64,000 bases of DNA from Minisyncoccota bacterium. GTDB lineage: Bacteria; Patescibacteriota; Minisyncoccia; Phycocordibacterales; UBA1006. Below the pieces are notes generated by a model, which was given only the letters and a program-made list of their open reading frames with translations, was not told where the DNA came from and did not search any database. This document shows, in pieces, positions 35,663-45,687 of the stretch; within the stretch, counting starts at the first letter, position 1, and every line of letters begins with the position of its first letter. Made by a program: the position numbers and the translations under genes. The stretch spans positions 3,902 to 67,901 of the forward strand of contig JAQVEZ010000001.1 of NCBI GenBank assembly GCA_028697455.1. Reading direction: 5' to 3'.

Positions 35663-36382
35663 CTAGAGATGGAGGTAGTGGCGGAGGGTGTAAAGCCAGT
35701 TTTCATCTTGAGGATCTTCTTTTTCTTTTTCAGAGAGAAGCCAACGGAGATATCCAGGATCTTCTTGGGCAATTTCTTCTAATTTTTTTCCACTATATTT
35801 TCCAAATTTAATACTTCGATAGAGAAAAGGTTGTGAGGAAGTTTTGATCATATACTCAATAGCCTCGTCTTGTGAAATATTTTTTTCTTCCATTATTTTT
35901 TTAAGAAGTCGATAGAAAAGTTGTTCAAGAACAAGAATATCCCCCCAGGCATCATGAGCATTAGCTTCTATTTCAATTCCAAGAGAATAGCGAAGATATT
36001 GAAGAGCGTATGAATCTATTTTTTCTTGAGGGTCAAGATGACGCGCAATCTTAAGGGTGTCAATAACAGGACCCACCTTAAGGCCTTCTCGTTCAATCAT
36101 ATCAACGTCAAATGTTGCATTGTGAGCTACAAAAACGTGATTTTTTTGAAAGCGTTTTTCAAGATCAACAAAGGCGGGACTTCCTACGAAAGAAGGCTTT
36201 CCTTTGAGCATCTTTTCGGTGATATGGTGAACGGCCATGGCCCCGAAAGAGATTTTTTGGCTACTTGAATAGAGCTCATTAACGTCAACCCCGTCAGTGC
36301 TTCGATAGGCAAGCTGAATAAGTCGGTCCTCAGGGCCATTTCCGGTAGTCTCAGTATCCAAAAAAAGAAGCGTATATTTCAT
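35663..36382 (-). CDS. DEDDh 3'-5' exonuclease (DnaQ/epsilon-like) with C-terminal extension
   Basis: Exo I LFLDTETTG, Exo II VAHNATFDVDM, Exo III HDAWGDILV, followed by a ~70-aa extra C-terminal region. Confidence 0.75.
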   Translation of the reverse strand: MKYTLLFLDTETTGNGPEDRLIQLAYRSTDGVDVNELYSSSQKISFGAMAVHHITEKMLKGKPSFVGSPAFVDLEKRFQKNHVFVAHNATFDVDMIEREGLKVGPVIDTLKIARHLDPQEKIDSYALQYLRYSLGIEIEANAHDAWGDILVLEQLFYRLLKKIMEEKNISQDEAIEYMIKTSSQPFLYRSIKFGKYSGKKLEEIAQEDPGYLRWLLSEKEKEDPQDENWLYTLRHYLHL

Positions 36383-36490
36383 ATATTCAGTATAGCAGGG
36401 AAGAGAGGAAAAGAAAAAGCTTGAAAAGTTTATTTTTTGGTTTTGTTTTAGCTTGCAAAAGGTTCATAATCCTTATAAAATAAGAGGCAT

Positions 36491-36952
36491 ATGACTATTC
36501 AAGAACAAATCAAAGAACAGATGAAAAGCGCTATGAAAGAGCGAAATATGATGGCAGTGACAACCTATCGAGGACTCATGTCAGCTTTTACCAATGAGGT
36601 TGTGGCTACGGGAAAATCACCCGACACTCCTATCTCGGATGAAGATGCTCTCAAGGTTCTCACGCGGGAGGCAAAACGTCGGAAGGATTCAATTCACCAA
36701 TATCATGACGCAGGACGACCAGAACTTGCCGATGAAGAGCAAGCAGAATTAGCTCTCATTGAAGTATTTCTGCCAGAACTTATGTCTCGAGAAGAAATCC
36801 TTGCTTTTGCCAAAGAAAAACAAGAAGCACTTGGAGTTTCAGACGGTATTGCTAATAATAAGGGGCAATTTATGGCAGCACTGATGTCAGAGCTCAAAGG
36901 AAAGGCAGATGGAGGAGAGGTTAAGTCAGTTGTTGATGAGCTTCTAGGATAA
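36491..36952 (+). CDS. GatB/YqeY domain protein
   Basis: MTIQEQIKEQMKSAMKERNMMAVTTYRGLMSAF matches the YqeY N-terminus. Confidence 0.7.
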   Translation: MTIQEQIKEQMKSAMKERNMMAVTTYRGLMSAFTNEVVATGKSPDTPISDEDALKVLTREAKRRKDSIHQYHDAGRPELADEEQAELALIEVFLPELMSREEILAFAKEKQEALGVSDGIANNKGQFMAALMSELKGKADGGEVKSVVDELLG

Positions 36953-36989
36953 ATTTTATTCATTAAGTATTTTCTAAAAGTAGAAATAT

Positions 36990-37328
36990 ATGAAAAGTTT
37001 TATTTTACGTATTATTGGTTTAGGACTCGTTATTTACTTTGTTCTGCCTGCTATTGTTTCAGGAATAAGTATTGACCAAGGGAAAACGGCAATTACGGTT
37101 GCAATACTCTTTGCCGTTATTAACTTTGCAATTAAACCAGTTCTCAAAGTTGTTACCTTGCCGCTTAACCTGCTGACTTTTGGGCTCTTTGGGTTGGCTA
37201 TCAATGTACTCCTTTTTTGGTTCGTAGGTTCTCTTATTGAAGGATTTACTATTGTTAACTTTATGGCTGCTTTCTGGGGATCGTTGATCCTTACCGTAGC
37301 TAATTGCATTCTTGATCGTCTTGATTAA
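36990..37328 (+). CDS. Phage-holin-4 / DUF360-like small membrane protein
   Basis: 112 aa, 3-4 TMs, with FAVINFAIKPVLKVVTLPLNLLTFGLF resembling the PF04020 core. Confidence 0.45.
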   Translation: MKSFILRIIGLGLVIYFVLPAIVSGISIDQGKTAITVAILFAVINFAIKPVLKVVTLPLNLLTFGLFGLAINVLLFWFVGSLIEGFTIVNFMAAFWGSLILTVANCILDRLD

Positions 37329-37362
37329 GAGACTAAATAAAAAACTCTCGAAAGAGAGTTTT

Positions 37363-37842
37363 TTATTTTATGCGAATTCGTGTTTGTCGATCCTTATCAA
37401 TGAGGGGGAGAATGAGCGTAAGAAGTCCATGTTGTTCATGTGCTTCTGCAAGCTCAATATCTATTTCTTCAGGAAGATCTAGGGTTCTCTCAAAAGATCC
37501 CCAAAAGAGTTCTTCAAAATAGATTTCCTCTAATTTTCCTTCGATATTTTGAGATCGTGACCCTTCAATCTGCACACGGTCGCGAGAGAGGGTTATATTA
37601 ATGTCTGATTTTTCTATTCCCGCAACCATCGCCTTGATAATAATGGCGCTATCGTTTCTATACATATCAACAGAAAGCTCTCCAACCTCATCGAGGCTAT
37701 CATGATATTCATTTTCATCATCTTCTTCGAATTCTTCTTCGTCTTCGAGGTATTCATCATCAATAAAATCGTGCTCATCATCAACATGACGAAACTTTAT
37801 ACTTCCTGTTAATTTTTCAAAAAAAGATTTTTTATTAGACAT
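37363..37842 (-). CDS. Hsp20/alpha-crystallin family small heat-shock protein with acidic N-terminal region
   Basis: Alpha-crystallin domain SVDMYRNDSAIIIKAMVAGIEKSDINITL...FERTLDLPEEID...GLLTLILP. Confidence 0.8.
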   Translation of the reverse strand: MSNKKSFFEKLTGSIKFRHVDDEHDFIDDEYLEDEEEFEEDDENEYHDSLDEVGELSVDMYRNDSAIIIKAMVAGIEKSDINITLSRDRVQIEGSRSQNIEGKLEEIYFEELFWGSFERTLDLPEEIDIELAEAHEQHGLLTLILPLIDKDRQTRIRIK

Positions 37843-37850
37843 AATATTTA

Positions 37851-38543
37851 TTAATGATTTACCCTCCGAACTTTTTCTAGTAAGGCGATAATAATGAGTG
37901 TTGAGAGCCAAAGAAGAGCAAGAGTGAGCAAACCATTGATTTGTACATATTTTATTATAAATGAGTTAAAGAAAGTATGCAATATAATTGCGATCCCGAG
38001 ACCGATGGTCCCAAAGAGAACGCGGATACGTTTTCTTTTATAAAAAACAAAACCAAGAGCAATTCCAACAACACTCGCGAGCATAGCATGGAGAATGCTT
38101 GCCCCAAGAAATCTTAAGGTACCTGTTTCAATAATAAATGAGATACTTTGTTGCACACTTGGTTCAATCATAAACATCACGTTTTCGGCTGTTGCAAAAC
38201 CAAGAGCTCCTGTTATCAGGTAGATAGCATAATCAACGGGCTCATCAACAAAATGTGTTCTGAGAGCGACAATTCCAACAATAAGAAACTTTGCGACCTC
38301 CTCGATTCCTGCAAAAACGGCTACCTGCTCGGAACTTCCGAGCTGAAGTGATTTTACGATTTGTTCAAGAGGGAGTACTAAAAAAACCACCAAAGCTCCT
38401 GCAAAAAAAGTTAGCGTGAGAAGCCCAAAAGGCTCGGGCTTTCTCTTGTCGATTTTGAGCCAAAAAAGAAGCCAAAATAATGTAGGGAGAATTCCTGTTA
38501 AAAAAACAATAAGAATAATTTTGAGATCTATAATTTCGGCCAT
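37851..38543 (-). CDS. PrsW-family intramembrane metalloprotease
   Basis: Polytopic membrane protein with EEVAKF (EExxK), FATAENVMF (FxxxENxxF) and HAMLASVVG (HxxxxG) motifs. Confidence 0.55.
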   Translation of the reverse strand: MAEIIDLKIILIVFLTGILPTLFWLLFWLKIDKRKPEPFGLLTLTFFAGALVVFLVLPLEQIVKSLQLGSSEQVAVFAGIEEVAKFLIVGIVALRTHFVDEPVDYAIYLITGALGFATAENVMFMIEPSVQQSISFIIETGTLRFLGASILHAMLASVVGIALGFVFYKRKRIRVLFGTIGLGIAIILHTFFNSFIIKYVQINGLLTLALLWLSTLIIIALLEKVRRVNH

Positions 38544-40690
38544 AGGTTTGTCATGAGAAGCTCTCGGTCATTTTCTTCTCGTGGAATATGTTGCCATATC
38601 TCTTCTGTTATGAAGGGCATGAAGGGGTGGAGGATTTTTAAAATATTTTTGAGCGATTGCCAGAGGAATTTTTGACGGGAAAGTTTTTCTTCTGCAGTTC
38701 CATTTTCAAAAATATCTTTTGATTCTTCGATAATAATATCGGCAAAATTGTGCCATACGTAATGATAGAGTTTTTCTGAGACAAGATAATATTTGTATTC
38801 GTTCATTTCTTGTGAAATTTCTGCGATCAGCTTTTCTTGTTCTTGAGTATGTTCTTGGTCTTTTGGAGAATAATCTGTCTCTTCAGGAGAAGGAACCGTA
38901 TTTTCAAGAATGAAACGAGTAATGTTCCAGAGTTTATTTGCAAATTTCTTGTAAGCCTTGATTTTGTTCTCATCAAGGTTCACATCATTTCCAGGACCAT
39001 TCCCAACAATGAGCGCCATACGAAGAGCATCGGTTCCGTATTTGTCGATAAGCTCTACGGGATCAATAATATTTCCGAGCGATTTTGACATTTTTCTTCC
39101 TTTGTTATCACGAACGAGCCCATGTAGATAAACTGTCTTGAAAGGTATTTCACCAATGAGGTATTTTGTCATAAGCACCATACGCGCTACCCAAAAGAAA
39201 AGAATATCATGTCCTGTTTCAAGAACGTTTGTTGGGTGATAGTTTACAAAATCAGGAGTATCTGTATCAGGCCAACCAAGGGTCGAAAAGGTCCAGAGCC
39301 CAGAAGAGAACCAAGTATCAAGAGTATCTTCGTCTTGAACCCATCCTTCTCCTTCTGGGGCCGTTATCCCAACATAGGTCTCATCATTGCGATACCATAC
39401 GGGGATACGATGACCGAACCAAATTTGTCGTGAAATATTCCAGTCACGCAAATTTTCAATCCAATGAAAATACACTTTTTCAAAACGCTGTGGGAGAATT
39501 TCAATTCCGTCTTTGCGAACGGCATCGAGCATGAGCTCCTTGAGTGAGCGATTATCACGATGAGGGATTTTTTTGTTAACATTAATCCACCATTGAAGTT
39601 TTGGCAGAGGTTCAATAACGGCCCCTGTTCGTTCAGCCGTTCCTACGTTTTGCACAATTTCTTTTTCTTCAACGAGAAGGCCTTGCTCACGAAGCCAATT
39701 AACAACCGCTTCTCGAGCTACTTCTGTTTTTTCTCCCCTTACTCCATCCATTCCTAAAATCATCTTTCCGTATTCATTGATGACTTGTTTGAGAGGGAGC
39801 TTATGTCGTTCTGCAATTTCAAAGTCGATCTGAGAGTGCGCTGGGGTAACTCCAAGAGCTCCAACTCCAAACTCAGGATCGACCTGCTCATCAGCAATAA
39901 CTTTGACCGTTACGGGTTCTCCTGCAAAGTCAAAAGAAAATTCCTTACCGATATATTTTTGGTAACGAGGGTCGTCTGGGTGAACAGCTACGGCAGTATC
40001 ACCAAGCTTTGTTTCTGGTCGTGTCGTTGCTATAGGAAAAGGGAAGTCATGAGAATATTTGAAGGTGTACATTTTTGAAGGACGTTCAATATGCACCACC
40101 TCATCATCAGAAATAGTTGTTTGTCCCTTGGGGTCCCAGTTTACGATACGTTCTTTACGATAAATGAGTCCATCACCATACATTTGTTTAAAGGCAGTGT
40201 AGACGGCTTTTTCACGCTCTTCGTCGAGAGTATAGGCTTCTCGTGACCAGTCGAGTGAAGCCCCCATTTTCTTACACTGAGCAACAATGGTATCGTGAGA
40301 TTCTTGAGCAAATTGATGAACACGTTCTAAAAAAACCTCACGACCCAAGTCGTGTTTACGAATTTTTTCTTTTTCGAGAATTTTCTCAACCTTTGATTGC
40401 GTTGCAATAGCAGCATGGTCAGTTCCAGGAAGCCACAAGGTGCGTTTACCGAGCATGCGTTGGTGGCGTGTCATGATGTCTTGGATCACGAGCATAAGTG
40501 CGTGGCCTGTGTGGAGTGTCCCTGTAACATTAGGAGGAGGGAGTACCATAGAGAAAGCTTCCGCAGACTCCTCGGTGAGACCTGCCTGGATCATAGCATC
40601 AGGATTAAAGAAACCTGATTGCTCCCAGAGTTCGTAGAGGGACGATTCGGTGTCTTTTGGGTTATAGGGCTGTAGAAATTTCTCGTTCAT
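38528..40690 (-). CDS. valS: Valyl-tRNA synthetase (short form lacking C-terminal coiled-coil)
   Basis: PPPNVTGTLHTGHA (HIGH) and KMSKSLGN (KMSKS); editing domain present. 720 aa. Confidence 0.8.
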   Translation of the reverse strand: MNEKFLQPYNPKDTESSLYELWEQSGFFNPDAMIQAGLTEESAEAFSMVLPPPNVTGTLHTGHALMLVIQDIMTRHQRMLGKRTLWLPGTDHAAIATQSKVEKILEKEKIRKHDLGREVFLERVHQFAQESHDTIVAQCKKMGASLDWSREAYTLDEEREKAVYTAFKQMYGDGLIYRKERIVNWDPKGQTTISDDEVVHIERPSKMYTFKYSHDFPFPIATTRPETKLGDTAVAVHPDDPRYQKYIGKEFSFDFAGEPVTVKVIADEQVDPEFGVGALGVTPAHSQIDFEIAERHKLPLKQVINEYGKMILGMDGVRGEKTEVAREAVVNWLREQGLLVEEKEIVQNVGTAERTGAVIEPLPKLQWWINVNKKIPHRDNRSLKELMLDAVRKDGIEILPQRFEKVYFHWIENLRDWNISRQIWFGHRIPVWYRNDETYVGITAPEGEGWVQDEDTLDTWFSSGLWTFSTLGWPDTDTPDFVNYHPTNVLETGHDILFFWVARMVLMTKYLIGEIPFKTVYLHGLVRDNKGRKMSKSLGNIIDPVELIDKYGTDALRMALIVGNGPGNDVNLDENKIKAYKKFANKLWNITRFILENTVPSPEETDYSPKDQEHTQEQEKLIAEISQEMNEYKYYLVSEKLYHYVWHNFADIIIEESKDIFENGTAEEKLSRQKFLWQSLKNILKILHPFMPFITEEIWQHIPREENDRELLMTNLWPKL

Positions 40691-40826
40691 ATAAGAGTAA
40701 TCCTAGCATAAAAAGGTTGGTTTTTGAAGAAAAGAAGGGGGATATATTTGACAAATATACCTGAAAGGTGTATAATAGCGATTAAAGATAAAGATAGTCT
40801 TTATCAAAAAATTAAAATTAAATAAA

Positions 40827-41279
40827 ATGGATGTAAGACAACAAATTAGTATTCCTCAAAAAGAAGTTGAGAATATTATCAAAGAACATTTAGAAGAAAA
40901 AAATTTCAAGGTTAAAGATGGTTCCTTGGGACGAGATGGTTCTTATTTTTGTACTCTTTACTCAGATGAAGAACTGTGGATAGAACGGGTAGGAGAAGTT
41001 CTTCAAAAAGCTCCGGTTGATGTTTTTAATTTTAAAAATCAGCCAAAGCTGTTTGAAATTTTTAACGATTCAATGGTTTATCGGAAGGTAATGGATTTAC
41101 TCCAGGAAAAACTTCCTTCCTATCCTGATTCAGAAGATCTTTTGAAATTTAAATCAGAGAATGTACTTTGGCACGCTCTCTATAATGAACCAAATGCAAT
41201 CTCCAAAAAAGAAGAGGATTTTCTAATTAAAGAGTTTAAAAAACTCGAAATTCACATCCACAAAAGAAAAGATGTATAA
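40827..41279 (+). CDS. Hypothetical cytoplasmic protein
   Basis: 150-aa ORF with normal codon usage for this window; no motif recognised. Confidence 0.35.
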   Translation: MDVRQQISIPQKEVENIIKEHLEEKNFKVKDGSLGRDGSYFCTLYSDEELWIERVGEVLQKAPVDVFNFKNQPKLFEIFNDSMVYRKVMDLLQEKLPSYPDSEDLLKFKSENVLWHALYNEPNAISKKEEDFLIKEFKKLEIHIHKRKDV

Positions 41280-41282
41280 TTT

Positions 41283-41325
41283 AAATAACCACTTTCTAAA
41301 TAAGAAGGTGGTTATTTTTTATTTT
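41283..41325. terminator. Bidirectional hairpin terminator (aataaccacctt...aaggtggttatt)
   Basis: 12-bp inverted repeat followed by TTTTTATTTT. Confidence 0.45.
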
Positions 41326-42503
41326 CCTAATTTCAAATTTCCTACTGCTTTTAGCTCTGATTCAGGGATATATGATTCAGCTCCTTTATTCCAATAATTG
41401 ATAACCCCAGCACTTGCAATCATAAGACTGTTATCTCCGGAAAGTTTTTTGAGAGGAAGATAGAGGGGAATTCCATGATTCTCTGCGATAATTTTAAAGG
41501 ACTCGGTAATAAAAGTATTTGCCGAAACTCCACCCGCGATGATAAGCCCCTGGGCGTTGTAGTCAACGAGAGCTTTTTCTGTTTTTTTGATGAGGACTTC
41601 AGTAACCGCATCTTCAAACTCTCGAGCAACGTTTGAAATTATTTGATCAGGTAATGTCCCGTCGTGTTGTTTTTTGAGATCATCAACAAGGTAGCGGACA
41701 GCCGTCTTGAGACCTGAGAATGAGAATCTATAATCCCCAGAGTTCAACATAGGTCGCGGGAGAGAGATGCTTTTATCGGGAACTCCTCCGTGTGCTGCTT
41801 GTGATATTTTTGGCCCTCCTGGGTATTCCATGCCGAGAAGGCGTGCAACCTTATCAAAAGCTTCTCCGACAGCATCATCAATGGTTTCCCCAATAATTTC
41901 ATACTCTCCCCAGTTTTTTACTAACACAAGCTGGGTATGTCCTCCAGATATAAGGAGTGCTATAAGAGGGAAGTCAAAAGTCTCAAGAGGACTAAAAGCC
42001 TTTTCTTGGTTGAGATAATCCTCCTTGAGGAGAATAGAGGTGATGTGACCTTCCATATGGTTTACGGGAACGATAGGAGCGTCACAAATGATTGAGAGTG
42101 CACGAGCAAAATTAACCCCAACCCATAATGCAGGAGCAAGACCTGGTCCATAAGTAACCATAATCATATCAATATGAGGAATACCGTTTGTGCTGAGGTA
42201 TTCGTGAAGGTCTTGGAAGAGCTCTGGCTCGCGTTCTAGAATAGTAGCGACCCCTTCTTCATCATAGTGTTGGTGGGTACTTTCTATTTTTGATTCTTTT
42301 ACAGCCTGTCTGAGAATGGGAACAAGATTTTTTGCATGCTCTCTTTTGGCAAGTGCAGGAAAGACACCTCCATAAGGCGCATGGGTTTCAATTTGAGAAA
42401 TGACAAGATCAGAGAGAACTTTTATATTTTTATCTCCTTTGTGAAGAGAAACGAGAGAAAGGGCAGTCTCATCACAACTGGTTTCTATAGAGAGTATTAT
42501 CAT
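41319..42503 (-). CDS. tsaD: tRNA N6-adenosine threonylcarbamoyltransferase TsaD (Kae1/Gcp)
   Basis: MIILSIETSCDETALSLV N-terminus; metal-binding HMEGH; ASKHH fold with insertions. Confidence 0.85.
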   Translation of the reverse strand: MIILSIETSCDETALSLVSLHKGDKNIKVLSDLVISQIETHAPYGGVFPALAKREHAKNLVPILRQAVKESKIESTHQHYDEEGVATILEREPELFQDLHEYLSTNGIPHIDMIMVTYGPGLAPALWVGVNFARALSIICDAPIVPVNHMEGHITSILLKEDYLNQEKAFSPLETFDFPLIALLISGGHTQLVLVKNWGEYEIIGETIDDAVGEAFDKVARLLGMEYPGGPKISQAAHGGVPDKSISLPRPMLNSGDYRFSFSGLKTAVRYLVDDLKKQHDGTLPDQIISNVAREFEDAVTEVLIKKTEKALVDYNAQGLIIAGGVSANTFITESFKIIAENHGIPLYLPLKKLSGDNSLMIASAGVINYWNKGAESYIPESELKAVGNLKLGK

Positions 42504-42603
42504 GCTTGTTACTATAGCAGAAATGAAAAAAAATTCATTCTAGCCTTAAATAAAATAAAATTTTTAAATAAAAATACCTCTTGCGAAGGTATTTTCTTGT
42601 TTT

Positions 42604-43107
42604 TTATTGAGTGACAGCAGAACTATCGTTCCCGTCAAAAACTGGTTCAGGATTTCCATATTCGAATACGAAGATATCCCCACCTTCTTGTGATTGTAAG
42701 CTGAGGATGTTTTCTTCATAGCTGAAGATCATTCCCTTGTGAAGTTCTTGGGTAAAAAGTGATTCCATTTCCATAAGGTCTTTTGAGTCACAAGCCATTT
42801 CGGTAATAGTGATGTCAGCTTTTATAATATTTTCTTGAAGAGAGTAATTTCCTCCACCTATATTACAAAAAGTTACTCCAATGTTTTCTCCTTCAAGAGC
42901 AAGGGTAATATTTTCTGAAACAAGGTCGTTGTTGAAGCTACTCAGAGTATAAACACCATCTTTTGCGAGTTTGTTGGTGCTTACTGGGATCACAGCGCTT
43001 GTTATTTTATTATAAATATTTTTTCGATCATTTTTTGTAGTAAAAATAATTCCAAGCAATATAAGTAAGGCAAATATTGAGATTATAATAAAAGGTGTTT
43101 TTTTCAT
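42604..43107 (-). CDS. Secreted META-domain (HslJ-like) protein
   Basis: Signal peptide; GVTFCNIGGGNYSL...ITEMACDSKDLME resembles META/DUF306 signatures. Confidence 0.5.
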   Translation of the reverse strand: MKKTPFIIISIFALLILLGIIFTTKNDRKNIYNKITSAVIPVSTNKLAKDGVYTLSSFNNDLVSENITLALEGENIGVTFCNIGGGNYSLQENIIKADITITEMACDSKDLMEMESLFTQELHKGMIFSYEENILSLQSQEGGDIFVFEYGNPEPVFDGNDSSAVTQ

Positions 43108-43188
43108 ATGATTTTTAAAGTATTAAATTCATACTCGATGAATATAAAAAGTATAGCATATTTTTGCTCTTTGGAAAAAAGAGCGAAA

Positions 43189-44328
43189 TTATTTGATAGC
43201 TTTTGCAACCTGATCAACAAGCCCCTTGGCAGTAACTTTTGGAATAATTGATGAAGGAGTCGGTCTTGTAATCATTTTTGCCACATTTTCAGCTGCCTTT
43301 ATTTTCATTTCGTCGGTTATGGCTGGAACCTTGTGATCTAAGGCTCCACGAAAAATTCCCGGAAAGACAAGCGCATTATTGATTTGGTTAGGAAAATCAG
43401 AGCGACCTGTTGCAATGATGTACGCTCCTGATTTTTGAGCAAGTTCAGGATCGATTTCTGGAGTTGGGTTTGCAAGAGCAAAAACGATAGGTTTCTCTGC
43501 CATCATTTTTATGTGGTTTGGGTGTATTGTTTTTGGCCCTGAGACTCCAATAAAAACATCAGCTTCTATTATAGCATTTTCGAGATTTCCTGAAATACTA
43601 TGAGGATTTGTTTTTTGGACAAGCTGCTTTTTGTATTTGGAAAGGCCAGTTCTTTTTTTGGAAAGAAGCCCTTTGCTGTCACTAACAATAACATTTTTGA
43701 TTCCATAAAGAACAAGAAGGGAAGCGATAGCTGTTCCAGCAGCCCCTGCTCCAATAACAACGACCTTCATATCAAAAATATTTTTTTTGGTTACTTTTGC
43801 TGCATTGATAAGCCCTGCAAGAACAACGATAGCTGTTCCGTGCTGATCATCGTGCATCACGGGAATTGAAAGACTTTTTTTGAGCTCGTCTTCTATGACA
43901 AAACAGTGTGGTGCAGAAAAGTCCTCAAGATTGATTCCACCAAAGGTTACAGAGATATTTTTTATAGTCTGGACGATTTCTTTCGTGTCTTGGGTATTTA
44001 AAACAATAGGAATAGCGTTAATCCCTGCCATTTCTTTGAAGATAGCAGCCTTCCCCTCCATAACAGGTAAAGCACCGATAGGCCCAATATTTCCTAATCC
44101 TAAAACTGCCGTCCCATCAGAGATTACAGCGACGGTGTTATTCTTTATGGTATAAGAATGAGCTTGTTCTGGATGCTTTGCAAGATATTCCGCAACAGCA
44201 CCAACCCCTGGGGTGTAAACTAAACTCCAGTTTTCTCTTTTTTTGAGTGATACCTTACTCGTAACGTTGAGCTTTCCTTTTAGTTTTTTGTGAAGCTCAA
44301 GTGCTTCTTTTCCAATATTTTTTTTCAT
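43189..44328 (-). CDS. NAD(P)-dependent malic enzyme
   Basis: LSLVYTPGVGAVAEYL, VISDGTAVLGLGNIGP and GAGAAGTAIA Rossmann motifs. Start likely the internal MKKNIGKEALELHKK. Confidence 0.8.
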   Translation of the reverse strand: MKKNIGKEALELHKKLKGKLNVTSKVSLKKRENWSLVYTPGVGAVAEYLAKHPEQAHSYTIKNNTVAVISDGTAVLGLGNIGPIGALPVMEGKAAIFKEMAGINAIPIVLNTQDTKEIVQTIKNISVTFGGINLEDFSAPHCFVIEDELKKSLSIPVMHDDQHGTAIVVLAGLINAAKVTKKNIFDMKVVVIGAGAAGTAIASLLVLYGIKNVIVSDSKGLLSKKRTGLSKYKKQLVQKTNPHSISGNLENAIIEADVFIGVSGPKTIHPNHIKMMAEKPIVFALANPTPEIDPELAQKSGAYIIATGRSDFPNQINNALVFPGIFRGALDHKVPAITDEMKIKAAENVAKMITRPTPSSIIPKVTAKGLVDQVAKAIK

Positions 44329-44374
44329 TATACGAGTATAGCACTTTCTGTCTGGAGTAAAACAAAAACCTATT

Positions 44375-45088
44375 TTAAAAAATAGGTTCTGTTTCAATAG
44401 ACGGGCTTACTGCTGGGGTTTCTTCGGTGGTGAGATCGAGACTAAATTCTACCCCTAAAAAGTCGTCAATTAAATTTTCTTTTATATTATTTGAGAACTT
44501 TTTTGAAGCATATTGAATGCCCCAAAGAGTTCTGTCAATTTTTGTCTTTCCCGAGATATTTAAATCATTTTGATTATATGACACATGAACAGGAAGAGAA
44601 ATCTCTTGAGTGACATCTTTGATAGTAAGCTCCCCGTAGAGAATGCCGTCTGTTATTTTTTGTATTTCAAGATGAGACTCTCCATAATGATCAGTATCGA
44701 AGAAGTCAACACCTTTGAGATGATCATCAAGAGAGTTAAACCCAGCTCCGGTTGCTGTGGAGGTTGTTGTGATTGAGTTCATGTCAAAAATTACATCCCC
44801 CGTGACTTCATTGTTTTTAATTTTTAATTGAGCATTTTTAATTTGCAATTCTCCTTTGTTAATAAAATTATCTAAGAGGGGATTTTTTCCGTCCCAGTAA
44901 ATTACAGCACCTTCTTTGGCTGTATAAATCCCATCAAGAAGAGTAGTAGAAGAACCTAAATAGTTTTCTTCGTTGATGACCTTAAAATCATTTGCCGTTT
45001 TTGTTTTTGGTTTTTCATTTTGCACAAAAGTATAAATGAGCACCATCGCTACCGCAAGAAGAATAATAATCTTTGTTTTTTTATTCAT
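44375..45088 (-). CDS. YceI-like domain protein (secreted)
   Basis: Signal/TM; DHLKGVDFFDTDHYGESHLEI...GELTIKDVTQEISLPV matches the YceI core. Confidence 0.6.
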   Translation of the reverse strand: MNKKTKIIILLAVAMVLIYTFVQNEKPKTKTANDFKVINEENYLGSSTTLLDGIYTAKEGAVIYWDGKNPLLDNFINKGELQIKNAQLKIKNNEVTGDVIFDMNSITTTSTATGAGFNSLDDHLKGVDFFDTDHYGESHLEIQKITDGILYGELTIKDVTQEISLPVHVSYNQNDLNISGKTKIDRTLWGIQYASKKFSNNIKENLIDDFLGVEFSLDLTTEETPAVSPSIETEPIF

Positions 45089-45105
45089 ATGTCCTTCGGT
45101 AAAAA

Positions 45106-45633
45106 TTATGCTGATGCTACAATTTCAATATGAATATCAAAATTTACTTCATCACTAACGACAACCCCACCTGTCTCAAGGGTTGCATTCCACTTAAGAC
45201 CAAAGTCTTGTCGGTTAATTTTCCCAGTAATATCAAAACCGGCTATTTTTGTTCCTTCCATGTTTGTTCCAACTCCCTCAGATTCGGCTACAAGGGTAAT
45301 ATTTTGGGTAACACCATTTATGCTAAGGTCTCCTGTGATGAGGTATTCCCCGTCATTATTTTTTTTGAAAGAGTTAGATGAAAATGTTAATACTGGATGT
45401 TGTTCAGCATTGAAAAAATCAGGCGATCGTAGATGATTGTCTCGCATCTCATTATTAGTATCAATACTTGATACTTGTGCTTCGAATGTTACTTGTGTAT
45501 TTTCAAAATCTTCTTCGGGGGAGCTGAGTGTCCCTGAGAATTCTCTAAAAACTCCTTTTACGGTTGAGACCATAAGATGTTTAACCTTAAAACCTATTGT
45601 TGAATGAACAGGATCTATTTTCCAAATTGTCAT
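45106..45633 (-). CDS. YceI family protein
   Basis: MTIWKIDPVHSTIGFKVKHLMVSTVKGVF..F.G...RDNHLRSPDFFNAEQHPVLTF...GDLSINGVTQNITL: a canonical YceI domain with no signal peptide. Confidence 0.8.
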   Translation of the reverse strand: MTIWKIDPVHSTIGFKVKHLMVSTVKGVFREFSGTLSSPEEDFENTQVTFEAQVSSIDTNNEMRDNHLRSPDFFNAEQHPVLTFSSNSFKKNNDGEYLITGDLSINGVTQNITLVAESEGVGTNMEGTKIAGFDITGKINRQDFGLKWNATLETGGVVVSDEVNFDIHIEIVASA

Positions 45634-45687
45634 GATTTTTTATTAAATAATAAATTGATAATGCCTCTAGTTTATGTTATAGAGCTT

